Source: Octopus sinensis
Lineage: Eukaryota
Length of the DNA: 64,000 bases
Direction of reading: 5' to 3'
Assembly: GCF_006345805.1 (NCBI RefSeq)
Contig: NC_043004.1
Span: 105,648,001 to 105,712,000, forward strand
Both the position numbers and the translations under genes were made by a program. Below the pieces are notes generated by a model. The model made no database searches. It saw only the letters and a program-made list of their open reading frames with translations, and was not told where the DNA came from. Each line of letters opens with the position of its first letter. Position 1 is the stretch's first letter. Below are positions 49,950-63,659 of this stretch, piece by piece.

Positions 49950-52169
49950 AGACAGTACACGCCTTAACATTGGTTAGTTCTAGATTCTTGAATAAACACT
50001 GTTTCATATTGAAGGTATTGATATGAGGAAGTGAGCTTGAAGCTATAAAAATTACCTGATCCAAAGTAATTAAAACTGTTTTGAAATTTGCACAGCTATC
50101 AAACCCATGGAAATAGAAGTACAACCAGATGTAAAAAAAAAAAATTAATAAAAACAATATAAATAACAACAGAAATATTATATGATAAACATATTTCGAA
50201 AGTAACCAGAATGAAAAATAAATCTGACATATTTCAGTAGATGATTTTATAAGTATTTGCATCACTTTTCAATTTACTGATGACTTAACTGCAGAAAACT
50301 GTCAGCTTAAAATAGTTTCTGGTGCCAGTACCAATTTGGGCAATGAATTATGTATGTAATCATCAAACAGATTTTATCTTGTATATCTCTATCTCTGCCA
50401 GTAGTTGGCATTTTGGTTAGAAATTCCAAGATATTCATTATGAATTCATATGTATCCACCCTTCAAAGCAAAGAAGCAAATAAAAATAAAATGAATAGAA
50501 TAAAATAAATATGTCTTCCCAATGAACACAATTTTCTTTTTTTAAATCATCAGAAACAGCAACAGTGGAGAACCATGCGCCATTTTGAGGCGTCATCTGT
50601 AGGTTTGATAGTAACATCGTAGCAGTCTCTTTTGTCATGTGTTTATTCTAAGGTCACTGCTGGTGAATATTATTTGTTCAAGAGACGTCCCATTGATTCA
50701 CCAATTCTTACTAGCTCTTCTCTTGTATTTATACAAGAATTCTGAAGTAATCTCTCAGAATATCAGTCTTTTTACCAAGAAGTTAATTTTACAATCAGCT
50801 TGATGTTCAGCTGCAAAACCTGAAATTCTGCTACTAGCTGATGTTATTTGATACTAAGAAACTTATAAAGACAAATTTTTATTTCCAGCTTCTGCTATCT
50901 TCTGAAAATTGTAATATTCAGTTTGGTTTGGTTTGGAATACTTCCTATTGCAAAAACCATTCCAATGAGAATCATTTGTCAGGGTGCTTGAAGCCATGTT
51001 TGATTTTTAGAACTTTTATTCATAAATATCTTGCTTTGTGGTTCTTCGTTTGTTTTCCATTGTAAATTTGTGTTCAAAAATTCCTCACACTCAGCCTCTT
51101 TGTCTTCAGCTGTCTGGACAGCAATCGTTTGAATACTGACTGCTAGTTCCAATCTGTTTTATAGAGATGATATAGAAATCAAATGAAGTAGAATCGTCTC
51201 ATTTTTCTGCATTTTAACAATTGTTTTCAGAAAACATATAAAGACACACAGAGATACAACACACACACTTATATATGTGTGTGTGTACATGTGTGTGTGT
51301 GTACATGTGTGTGTGTGTATGAAACAAATTTTCTACTACCTGACTATATATCTTCTAAAACATTAAAACATCAATTTTTCCACACTTATTCAGGCTGCAA
51401 TGTTATAATCCTTCTCACTGATTCTCTTGTCACCACTTCAATAAAGTAGGGGGACATGCATGCTTTGCTGAAAAGATCCAACTTGACTGAAACATGTCTA
51501 GAGTTATATCCTATGCTTCCTGAAATGATTGCAGTACTATGAATGCCTGGGTTAATGTTTTCCTATCTTCACTGCATAAGTATTTCAAATTAGGTATTTT
51601 TGATGCTATATTAAATATGTTCACTGCTACTTAATTATATATCTTCTTGCATTGCATCTTTTATTCTATTCAGAAGCCGCCAATTGGTGGCTTCTCCTCC
51701 TTAATTTCTGATCTTTCCCAAACTCTGCTACTCATCATCATATTTTAAGTATTCATTCTCAAGCTGTTCACATGCACACATCCTTGCCTCTCTACTTTCT
51801 CTCTCTCTCTCTCTCTCTCTGTTTTTCTTTCTTCTCTTCCTTCTTATTTATTTATTTCACTCTCCCTCTTGCTCTCTCTGTCTCTCTTCATCTTCTCCCT
51901 CTTGCTCTCTCTCTCTCTTCATCTTCTCCCTCTCCCTCTTGCTCTCCACTTTTGTATCCATTCTTATTTCCCGCCCTTTTTCTTTCATTCTGTCATATAT
52001 ATCACATTAACAATATGTCAGTGCCTCTTGTACTTACTTAAACCCTTCACTTCCTATGGAACATAAACCATTGATAATTTCCCTCCTCTAATCTTGTGTT
52101 GATGGGGGTGGGGTTCTTTCCTCCTCCAGGTTTTATTGGTACTGAATTGCCATCAATGTTTCTGTAACT

Positions 52170-52380
52170 TTTCTTTTTTCTATGTAGGAGTGTTGGGCCC
52201 TACGCAAACCCAATTTTACCTCTTGGAAGAGGCAGTTCATATTAAGCTGGCCTCTACTCTTTGACCTTTCCCCCGCATGGGAGCCCCTACCAGGAGTCTG
52301 TACTCTGTTGACATAGCTCTCGCTGTCATTGAGTCACATAAGCCATTACACTGAAACAAGGACTAGACCTTGTGGTCCTC
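52170..52380 (+). mobile_element. Probable RTE 5'-region relic
   Basis: gacctttccccgcatgggagcccctaccagg...gcatagctctc-like motif resembles the segment upstream of RTE ORFs. Confidence 0.35.
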
Positions 52381-52729
52381 GGTATCTAACAAGTACACTA
52401 GTAAACTGGCATTCCATCAGTTATGATGACAAGGGTTCCAGTTGATCCATTTACCAGAACTGCTAGCTCTTAAAGTTAATGTGCTAGTGGATGACCACTT
52501 GACATACATACACACCCTTAACATAGCTCTCAGGGAAATTCAACATGACACAGTTTGACAAGGTTGGTCCTTTGAAAAACAGATACTTCTCATTTTTGCC
52601 AGCTGAGTGGACAGGAGCAATGTAAAATAAAGTGTCTTGCTCAAGGACACAACACACCACGAAGAATTGAACCCATGGCCTTAAGATCATGAACCAAATA
52701 CCCTAACCACTAAACAATGCACATTCCCT

Positions 52730-53150
52730 AAGATCACCAGCAATTTCATGTGAACCTGCATCTTTGTTATTTTTCGAATTAATCCAAACTTCATCCAATG
52801 TAATTTTGTCAAGATCATTCGTACAAACAATCACATGTAAAAACTCATCAGGTTCAGGTTGCTTTAGCACTTTTTTAAAATGTTCCACACATCTTTTATT
52901 CTTGTCCTCTTCTCTTTTTAGACAGCCACCCTTCCATTGCTGCATCCATGTCCTGTCAGTCACTTGATCTTCGAATCATGTCTCATATCAGCACTTCCTC
53001 TTATTTCTGTCTGGCCTTCAACCCACTTTTATTGTTGCTGTAATGTTCTTGTCCAGTGCTTTACACTTCTCTTTAGTGTCTTGTAGTATCACGGCTGTCT
53101 ATTCTCATCACTTATCCATAACATCCCATGTCTCTGTTGATATATCTACG
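52730..53150 (-). mobile_element. Ancient RTE-type LINE ORF2 fragment (upstream of the RT)
   Basis: KRCVEHFKKVLKQPEP...ITLDEV...KNNKDAGSHEI resembles RW.EHF.E+LN.P...I+.EE+...KN.KA.G.D.I. Confidence 0.65.
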
Positions 53151-53689
53151 ACTCACTACGTTTTCCTGTCTGTCTTCCAATTTGATTTCTAGCTGTCTGA
53201 CATGTAATGTCTTTGAATTTAACTCTACTACTGATCTATATCTGTTTCTGTATTTAATGCGACATATTGATTCGTGAGGTCAAGCTGATACACTTCTCTC
53301 ATATCACTTTCATTAAGTTTGCTAAAATCAAGAGTATTTTTTGTTTTCAGATTAAAAAAGAAAATTGAAGTTTTACCTCAATAACAGCCTTTACCATTTT
53401 ACTATTCCAAACTAATGTTTGCTCTTTTGAATACATGCAAGTCTTGAGCAATTTTTTTTATCATTGCTCAAATGAAATCTTATTTGCAGAGATGTCCAGG
53501 TTTTTGTGTGTATCAACTCATGATTAATGTTTTCGTTCAGCAGAGATCATACTTTACATGAAATTAGTAGAATCCTGATCCAGTGTCTCAGTATCTCTCA
53601 ACTTTACCATTGAGAATGAGCTATGATAGCCTCTCCTCTATCTCTCTCTTCTAAGAGGTCATTAAATCATCTTTAAGAATTACAATGTT

Positions 53690-53721
<32 letters not shown>

Positions 53722-54568
53722 CATCCTCATCCTCATCATCATTTAACTTACGTTTTCCATGCTGGTATGGGTTGGATGGTTTGACTGGAGGTGCAAAGCC
53801 GGATGTATGGGTATTTTCCTTGAATGTGACATACAACTGAAAATGAAATTTACTTTCATTTCAATAAATATGTCATTTGTTGGTCTATAGATCTGATTGA
53901 CTTAATAGTCCCAGGTTCAGTCCCACTGCTTGGTACCATGGGTGTCTATTATAGTCTCAGGCTGATGAAAGCCTTGTGAGTGGATTTGGTTGAAGGAAAC
54001 TGAAAGAAGCCTGTCATATATGTGTGTATGTGTATTTATGTGTGTGTGTGTATTTATGTGTGTGTCTGTGTTTGTCCTCCTACCATCGTTCGACAACAGA
54101 TGCTGGTGTGCTTATGTCCCTGTAACTTAGTGATTCGGCAAAAGAGAATAAGCGCTTGGCTTATAAACAATAAGTCTTGGGGTTGATTTCTCTGACTAAA
54201 ACTCTTTAAGGCGGTGCTCCAGCATGGCCGCAGTTAGATGACTGAAACATGTAAAATGATAATATATTCATATATATATATTTACACTCACATACACACA
54301 CATATATACATGTATATACGTAACATGCATAACATGAATGGCAAAGTGCTGTGGCGCAGTCCCCTGTCCTGTCCCTCAAGCTGTCATGTCTTGGTAATTT
54401 CTCTGGTTGAAATGCTTGAGTCTTGTGAAGTGCCTGGGTCTGCTCCTGACTAAACAAGTATCTCAAGCAGAAATGAAGACATGTGCATGCTGTTACCAAA
54501 TCATTCTCAGCTGCAAGAAAAGGTTGAGCAGTATGTATGCATGCATATATGCATGTATGTATGTATAC

Positions 54569-55882
54569 TAGAGTGGCCCTTAGCAACAAGTAATTTTTCA
54601 AAAGTTATAATTTTGCCTAATCCTGTTCCAATAAACAAAATAACAGGGTGTGCAAAGTTTCGGCTTAATCATTCAACTTCTAGGTGATCCTCAAATTCTT
54701 TGAAGTTGAAACATAGTATACCCAATGATTAATTCTTTTCAAAAGCGGTATGTTGTTCCCTTTCTCCACCATTTTCTTTTTTATTCTTAGAGAAATTTAT
54801 GTGGACACATCCAGGCAACCCCAACAGATGTTTAAAAACATTCCGAATCAAATTTACCAATAACTGATTTGCAACAACTTTTCTAGATTTGTACTGACAC
54901 CATTCACTTGACCTGCGTTGCTTGCTGTTGTGTCACAGCAAAGAGCCTGAATTTTGTTGGTTATACCCCACTTCTCCACTGCTTGGTAATATCCCACTTC
55001 TCCACTGCTTGCTGTTCTCCTGAAGATATTGGAATTTCAGGGACTCTCAACAATTGCTCCTTGCCTTGAAAAGTTACTATTATTGCCAGCCTACCAACCT
55101 TTTCAATGCCTGTGAGTGCCGGGAGCAGCTTTCCATCCCAGGGCAACACTAATTCTTAACAGTTGTTTCGGTTAAATTTGTGCTGTATTTGTGCTGTCCC
55201 GCTTCTCTAAATTTTGTTCTAAGGCATTGATAATAATTATACAAAGCACACAATATTATAAAAATGGAGAGGTTATAAACATGGTATTACAACCATTCCA
55301 GGGCTACCAACACAACAGGGGGAGATCTATATCATAAGGCACCACTACAAAATGAACCAGTGCTTACAAGTTATTACAAAGAAATTGACTTACATTTACA
55401 AATGTGGACAAGTCATATTAGTTCACTGTTTATCACTAAAGTATATTTCTTAATAGTTTCTTTCTCGACACTACCATTAGGTGAAGTACAATTCTTTCAA
55501 TGAACAAACGCAACTCACAACCTCACTCACTCATGGCTGGCAGCTGACTAGATGAGGGCAAAAAATAGGTTTTTTGCCCTATACCTGTGCTCTGTCCCCA
55601 GCTTTGCAAGATGCTTTCCCAATTATATTTATTGTCACTTATCCTTCTATTACCAAGAATAAGTCTGAACAAGTTTTTAATTTAAGAGAAAATCATATAA
55701 GAGTAAAAACTTTTTATCTGAAAAAAAAATATGACTTTCTGAACAAAAACTTCCAAAATTTTATGGTTGATGAGGATCACTTTGCAGTTGTTCAACTGAG
55801 CTAAAATTTTGCATAGATTGTTTTTTTGTTAATTGGAACAAGAGCTAAACGTTTGGAAAGTTGAAAAATAAGGGCCACTCTA
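54569..55882 (-). mobile_element. Internally deleted hATm-type DNA transposon (1314 bp)
   Basis: Perfect 14-bp TIR TAGAGTGGCCCTTA; 8-bp flanks atgtatac / atgcacac; transposase remnant PWDGKLLPALTG.EKVGRL...EQLLRVP...WGITNKIQALCCDTTASNAG. Confidence 0.85.
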
Positions 55883-56023
55883 ATGCACACACATATTCAT
55901 GTATAAACACACACATATATTATATGCATACATATGTGACATGTGTATGTGGCATATGGTACATTTATTAATAGTTCAAGTCTGTCAGAGCAACATTGTG
56001 TGATTGTACATTTATTTAATTTG

Positions 56024-56069
<46 letters not shown>

Positions 56070-56385
56070 ATCAAGTATATGTGCAGAAGGTAGATGAAGA
56101 GAAAATGAAACAAAAAATGAAAAAGACTCGGGCATCTCACTATTAACACTGATAATATATACTTTTAGTTGCATACAAACTTATATATTTAAACACACAC
56201 ATGCACATCTATCTATATCTATATCTATATATATATACATACACATTCGTACTTACTCTCATATTCTCTTTCACTTTTCAACATGCACATGCGCATAGAT
56301 GCAAGTGCACACATACACACACACACACACACACTCTCACACATACACACACTCTCACACATACACACACTCTCACACACACACT

Positions 56386-56416
<31 letters not shown>

Positions 56417-56499
56417 TCTCACACATACACACACTCTCACACATACACACACACACCACACACACTCTCACACACACACACACTCTCACACATACACAC

Positions 56500-58960
56500 A
56501 CACACACACTCTCACACATACACACATTTGATTACAACTTCTAATCGCTAGACACATTTGTGTCTAAACAAAACCATTTTAAATGATTTTGTTTCTCTTT
56601 TTTTTCCATAGACACTATAGGATAGAACTAATATCAATTGTCAGTGGCTTCCATCCAGTATAGCTCTTATGATCGACCCTTTTTAGGTGCTCTGAGACTT
56701 AGATGGGTGGATGGAATTATCCTCTGACTGGAAACCTAGCAAAAACATGTTACAGTGTAACTGAGTGGACTCTGCTAAAAAGAAAAACGGAAAAAAAAAT
56801 TAGTGCTGCTAAGTCACTCAAAGTGAGGCACAGTCTATTTGTCTATTTGATCAGATCTCACATAAAGTTTCCATTCCTGTAAGTTTCATTCAAGGATTTT
56901 GTAGAAAAGAGATTAAGGCAGGAGATACTCATCCAATATGCCATATACTAAGAACCAGGGCACATATTCCAGATGTGTTAGGTGTGTTTGCCATCAAAAA
57001 TGGCAAATTCTTTATAAATATTAACCTCACTCATTAATTTAATTACAAATCTTAATGGAAAACCTTTGTTATACCTCTGCTTGAAATTCGGTGGCATTGG
57101 GTGTGGCAGCATACCCAACACAACAACCACCACCAGCCACTGATAAGAACAAATCTAAAACTAGATATCTACAAGGTAAACTTTTTAACCACACCGCTAT
57201 ATCTGTATACCCAAACATAGAGTTAATCTCTCACAGAAATCTGTATTTTGGTGAGAATCATCAACTATTATTTGCGACTGGGATATCATTAGATTGAATA
57301 ATTCCTACTTTTTATTATTTCTTTTTAATTTCATCATTTTTTTACTTTTTGTCTTATTTTATTTCTATATTTCTAATCTGAAAACAGATTAAAATAAAGA
57401 ACAGCTGGTTTCTATGACAGTCATTCCAAATATACTTTTTAAAAAATTTTGTCTTGCTTTTAAGTTTTGTTTTTGTTTATTTTTTTAATTATATTTTATC
57501 GTCTCTTTTATCTTTCTGTGTTTTATTTGTTTCATGCTGAGAATTTTCCTCAAAGAATTTATTTGAACAAATCAACCTCAGTACTTGCTTTTTAAAGTCT
57601 GGCACTTATTCTATCAGTCACTATGGCTGAACCACTAAGTTACAGAGATGTAAACAAACCAACACTGGCTGTCAAGTAGTGGCGGACAAACACATTGACA
57701 CACCTACATAGACACACACACACACCACACACACACACACACTCTCACACATACACACATTTGATTACAACTTCTAATCGCTAGACACATTTGTGTCTAA
57801 ACAAAACCATTTTAAATGATTTTGTTTCTCTTTTTTTTCCATAGACACTATAGGATAGAACTAATATCAATTGTCAGTGGCTTCCATCCAGTATAGCTCT
57901 TATGATCGACCCTTTTTAGGTGCTCTGAGACTTAGATGGGTGGATGGAATTATCCTCTGACTGGAAACCTAGCAAAAACATGTTACAGTGTAACTGAGTG
58001 GACTCTGCTAAAAAGAAAAACGGAAAAAAAAAATTAGTGCTGCTAAGTCACTCAAAGTGAGGCACAGTCTATTTGTCTATTTGATCAGATCTCACATAAA
58101 GTTTCCATTCCTGTAAGTTTCATTCAAGGATTTTGTAGAAAAGAGATTAAGGCAGGAGATACTCATCCAATATGCCATATACTAAGAACCAGGGGCACAT
58201 ATTCCAGATGTGTTAGGTGTGTTTGCCATCAAAAATGGCAAATTCTTTATAAATATTAACCTCACTCATTAATTTAATTACAAATCTTAATGGAAAACCT
58301 TTGTTATACCCCTGCTTGAAATTCGGTGGCATTGGGTGTGGCAGCATACCCAACACAACAACCACCACCAGCCACTGGTAAGAACAAATCTAAAACTAGA
58401 TATCTACAAGGTAAACTTTTTAACCACACCGCTATATCTGTATACCCAAACATAGAGTTAATCTCTCACAGAAATCTGTATTTTGGTGAGAATCATCAAC
58501 TATTATTTGCGACTGGGATATCATTAGATTGAATAATTCCTACTTTTTATTATTTCTTTTTAATTTCATCATTTTTTTACTTTTTGTCTTATTTTATTTC
58601 TATATTTCTAATCTGAAAACAGATTAAAATAAGAACAGCTGGTTTCTATGACAGTCATTCCAAATATACTTTTTAAAAAATTTTGTCTTGCTTTTAAGTT
58701 TTGTTTTTGTTTATTTTTTTAATTATATTTTATCGTCTCTTTTATCTTTCTGTGTTTTATTTGTTTCATGCTGAGAATTTTCCTCAAAGAATTTATTTGA
58801 ACAAATCAACCTCAGTACTTGCTTTTTAAAGTCTGGCACTTATTCTATCAGTCACTATGGCTGAACCACTAAGTTACAGAGATGTAAACAAACCAACACT
58901 GGCTGTCAAGTAGTGGCGGACAAACACATTGACACACCTACATAGACACACACACACACA
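56500..58960. repeat. ~1234-bp tandem duplication bounded by (CA)n tracts
   Basis: 56527-57711 recurs at 57760-58945 with at least 5 differences (3 homopolymer indels, 2 substitutions). Confidence 0.95.
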
Positions 58961-59019
58961 CACACACACATATATGTATATATATATCATCATCATCATC
59001 ATATATAAGTGTGTGTGTG

Positions 59020-59295
59020 TGTGTGATGGATTCTCTGGACATGCATGTGTCTCTTGAGGTCTGCTGATGTCTTGCATACCTTTTGACAAATGGAACAAGT
59101 TGAGGACTCAGTTTGCTTGAGTGATTGTGGATCATCCGCTGTGTGTTTTCTTGAGTGGATGACAAGCCAGCTTTGCACCATGCTGCAAAACCATAATGCC
59201 AAAGGTTTTCACTTAGTGGAGCAGCGTTTTGCCAGCATGCCAACATGCTTGCACAAAATTGGTCCCACAGTTTCCACCCACCAACTACATTCATG
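59020..59295 (-). mobile_element. LINE ORF2 3' remnant with a terminal single C2H2-like finger
   Basis: RKHTADD...TCSICQKVCKTSADLKRHMHVQ at the end of a decayed, frameshifted frame. Confidence 0.55.
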
Positions 59296-59439
59296 ATCAG
59301 TTTGGGGTTGTAATGGAAGACACTTACTTAAGGTGTTGCACAGTGGGACTAAAAAGGGAAAAGCAAGCTTCTTAATTTCTTCATTGCACAGCCATGTCTG
59401 CTCCTTTATATGTTATATTTTTTCTTTTTATTTTGTAAC

Positions 59440-59800
59440 ATCATCATCATCATCATCGTCGTTTAACGTCCATTTTCCATGCTAGCATGGGTTGGACGAT
59501 TTGACTGAGGACCGGCGAACCAGATGGCTGCACCAGATTCCAATCTGATCTGGCAGAGTTTCTACAGCTGGATGCGCTTCCTAATGCTAACCACTCTGAG
59601 AGTGTAGTGGGTGCTTTTACATTCCACCGGCACGAGGGCCAGTCTGGTGGTACTGGCAACAGCCACACTCAAATGGTGTTTTTACATGCCACCTGGCAAT
59701 GACCTCACTCAAATGTATTGTTCACGTGCCACCAGCACAAGTGCCAGTAAGGCAACGCTGGTAATGATTATGCTCCAATGGTGCTTTTTACATGCCACTG
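59440..59800 (-). mobile_element. RTE 3'-tail copy
   Basis: Reverse complement of the tail with several subrepeats. Confidence 0.82.
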
Positions 59801-60518
59801 GCACAACATTGATCAAAGAAAGAAACTCTTAACTAGGTTTAATTTGATAGTTTATGTCACATTGAGATATCCCATTGAATGATCCACAATGTGAAAAAAA
59901 AAGGGTAAAGACTCCCTTCAGTTATGAATGACCATGGGATTGCACCTAGAAAGTTCCCCTCCAAGGCACGAGTTCAGGCAAGGTTGTTTAAGGAAGACCA
60001 GCAGTTGCCCATATATACCAGCCTCACGCCACTAATGTTATCCAGGGGAAAGGTAAAGGCTGATACAACTTGGCACAAGTGACATCACAATTAACTTCCA
60101 CAGCTAAGTGAACTGGAACATTGTAAGATAAAGTGTCTTGCTCAAGAACACAACACACAGCCTGGTCTGGGAATCGAACTCACTACCTCACGACTGTAAG
60201 CCAATGAATGACAGGCTGGCTCAACAAAGGAACTGTTACATTGTTGTTTGACTTGCTAGAAATCATAGCCAGATCTCCCTCATGTCACAGCTTATTGTCT
60301 TGATTACGAAGAGACACCACATTAGATATTGTAAACCGAGACGACAAATGTCTGAGAGTCAGACGGTAAGGCTTAACGTGTCTTTGATCATAGGTTTGCT
60401 CAGTCAGAGCTGACTTCAGGCCAAATGATATCAACAACAGCAACAACAACAACACACTGATTTTTATTGAGCAGGTAAAAAAATGAATGCTCAAAATCAC
60501 ACTATGATTGCTTGAGTA

Positions 60519-60551
<33 letters not shown>

Positions 60552-60944
60552 CTAACAGACTGACTGATTGATTGACTGACTGACTGACTGATTGGTTTAT
60601 TGGTTGATTAATTAATTGACTGGTTTGTCAATTGAGTAAATGATTGATGAATTAGAACATCAGACAGAACCAAGTTAAAGTTAATCTAAATATACATAGG
60701 TAAGAAACACCTGTGGATACCTTTTGATCATAAATTTGTTCAATTGGGATTAGTCAGGACTGAACAGTAGCAACAATGACAACAACAGCAAACTCACTAA
60801 ATGAAGGGGCTCCTATATGGTTGCTTCACCTGCTAGAAATAGCAGCTTCATCTTTCTCATGTCAAACTCTATTGTTCTTAAAAAATAAAGGAGTGAATTA
60901 GATAATGCAGAGATAATTAGCCATGTCATACCACTTATATTGTC

Positions 60945-61348
60945 ATCATGTCATCACCACATACTACCACCACCACCACCACTATCATCACTATCACCAC
61001 TAATACTACCCACCATCACCCACTATCACTATCATCATGATCATCATCATTATCCTTACTCCACTACTGCCACCTCCATCACTACCATCAAAGCCACCAC
61101 TACCACCTTCACCACTACTATAGCCACTACCACTGCCATCAGTTCCATCACTACCACCACCACATCTACTACTACGCCCACTATCCTCACTCCTCCCCAC
61201 TTCAGGCACTACCACCACCACTGCCACTTCTACTACCACTACCACCACCACCACCACCACCATCACCATCAGCAGAATCATTATTTTCATGCTTTTCTGT
61301 ACCCTCAATGTTAAGTGGCTGACAGTAGCCAGATAAACAACACTAGCA

Positions 61349-61392
<44 letters not shown>

Positions 61393-61463
61393 CACTACTA
61401 CCACTACTACCACTACCACTACCACCACCACCACCACCACTATAGCTGCTGCTGCTGCTGCTG

Positions 61464-61499
<36 letters not shown>

Positions 61500-61500
61500 A
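60945..61500. repeat. CAC/TAC/TGC triplet mosaic
   Basis: Low-complexity triplet runs. Confidence 0.9.
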
Positions 61501-62233
61501 CAATAAGACAAATGTCTTTGTAGCTACATGACCTGCTAGAAACAGCAACCCAAATCTTGCCCTAGGAAAATAAGGATAATTTGGATACTGTCGTCATGGC
61601 TATGTTAACTGTTTAAGACAGTGATGGTCATGGCTGGAATCTTTTCTCATTGATTGGTCAGGATTGATTTGAAGTTAAGAAAACAACACCAAAAGAAACA
61701 ATAACAACAACAATAACAACAGGAGCACAAACGACAGCAACGTCAACAATAACAATAACAACATCAACAACAACACATACAACCTAGCAACAGCGTCAAC
61801 TAAAGGCTTGGCTGTGGTTAAGAAGCTCATATTGCAGCTATGTGGTTTCAGGTTCAATCTGACTGCGTGGTACCTTTGATGAGTGTCTTTCTCTATATCG
61901 TCTTGAATTAACTAATACATTGTGAGTGAATTTGGTAGATGGAAATTGTGTGGAAGCCTATTGTGTATGTGTATGTCTGTGTGCATGTGTATGTGTATGT
62001 GTGCATGTGTGTGTATGCATTTGTGTTTATGTGTGTGTTTATGTGCATGTGCAGGTGAGTGTATGCGTGTGTGTGTATATATATTAGTGTGCATGGTGTG
62101 TGTATGTGTGTGTGTGTGTATATATTGGTGTGCATGTGTGTATGTGTGCTTGTGTGTGCGTATGTGTGTACGTGCATGTATGTTTGTGTGCATGTGCACC
62201 TGTATGTGTGGGTGTATGTGTATGTATGTGTAT

Positions 62234-62399
62234 ATAGGTGCAGGAGTGGCTGTGTGGTAAGTAGCTTGCTTACCAACCCCATGGTTCCGGGTTCAGTCCC
62301 ACTGCGTGGCACCTTGGGCAAGTGCCTTCTACTATAGCCTCGGGCCAACCAAAGCCTTGTGAGTGGATTTGGTAGACGGAAACTGAAAGAAGCCTGTCG

Positions 62400-62444
<45 letters not shown>

Positions 62445-62672
62445 ATATGTTTGTATGTCTGTGTTTGTTCCTCCAATATCGCTTGACAACTGATGCTGGT
62501 GTGTTTATATTCTCGTGATTTAGCGGTTCGGCAAAAGAGATCGATAGAATAAGTACTAGGCTTACAAAGAATAAGTCCTGGGGTCAATTTGATCGACTAA
62601 AGGTGGTGCTCCAGCATGGCCACAGTCAAATGACTGAAACAAGTAAAAGAGTAAAGAGTAAAGAGTAAAGAG
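62234..62672 (+). mobile_element. tRNA-derived SINE, family A, full length
   Basis: As for the other family A copies. Confidence 0.9.
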
Positions 62673-62729
62673 TATGCATGTGCATATGCATGAGTGAATG
62701 TGTGGTGCGTGTGTCTGTGTGTGTTTGTA

Positions 62730-62773
<44 letters not shown>

Positions 62774-63659
62774 TGTGTACATGTGCACGTGTATGTGTGA
62801 GTTTATGTGTGTGTGTTTGTGTTGTGTGTGTGTGTGTGTTGAGTGTTTGTTCCTCAACACTGCTTGACAACCAGTGTTAGTGTATTTATGTCCCCATAAC
62901 TTAGCAGTTTGGCAAAAGAGACCAACAAAATAAGTACCAGACTTGGGAATAAGTTCTGGGGCCAATTTATTCAACTAAACCTTCAAAAGTGGTGCTCCAG
63001 CATGGTCGCAGCCCATGCTGGAGCACCGCAGTGGCTGAAACAAGTAAAAGATAAAAGATAAAAGATACGCAATAAACACAACAGCAACAACAATAACAAC
63101 ACCAACAACTAGAATAATAACATGTACAGTGACAACAACAACAACAACAACATATGCAGTAACAAAGCAGTAACAACAACAGTAACCATTATCAACAACA
63201 TATACAGTAACAGCAGTAACACATGCTGTAGCAGCAACAACAACAACAACTATGGAAGCGGCAGCAACATCATCAACAACAACAACAACAACGGCAGCAC
63301 AGTTCTTACCAAGACATTTATGGCATTGTTAAGTGTGTCGATGAAATGATTAGCAATGGTGGTGGTGGTGGTGGTGGTGGGAAGAGTAGTTATAATGGTG
63401 GTGGTGGTGGTGGGAAGAGTAGTTGTAACATGATGGTGCTGACAGGGATGCAGATGGTTGGTGGCAGTGACAGTAGATGTCGTACTCGCTGTCTTTACAC
63501 CTTCACTTCTACTTCTGCTCTCAATGTTGTTTGCATGATATATAGATGTGTGTGTGTATATATATATAGATAGATGTGTGTGTGTGTATATATTATGTGT
63601 GCTTGGCATTTTGTTTCCATACATGAGATTTGTATTTGCACAAGACTGAATATAAGATT

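Noticed and set aside
57091-58532. Duplicated 68-aa ORF as a gene pair
   Set aside because: It is present twice only because of the tandem duplication, starts at GTG and has no recognisable domain.
59035-59097. C2H2 finger as part of a host zinc-finger gene
   Set aside because: It is a single finger lacking the last His and TGEKP linkers, at the end of a decayed LINE-like frame.
60940-61548. Poly-V/T/H/Y ORFs
   Set aside because: Microsatellite artefacts, like most IY/HT/CV ORFs in the track.
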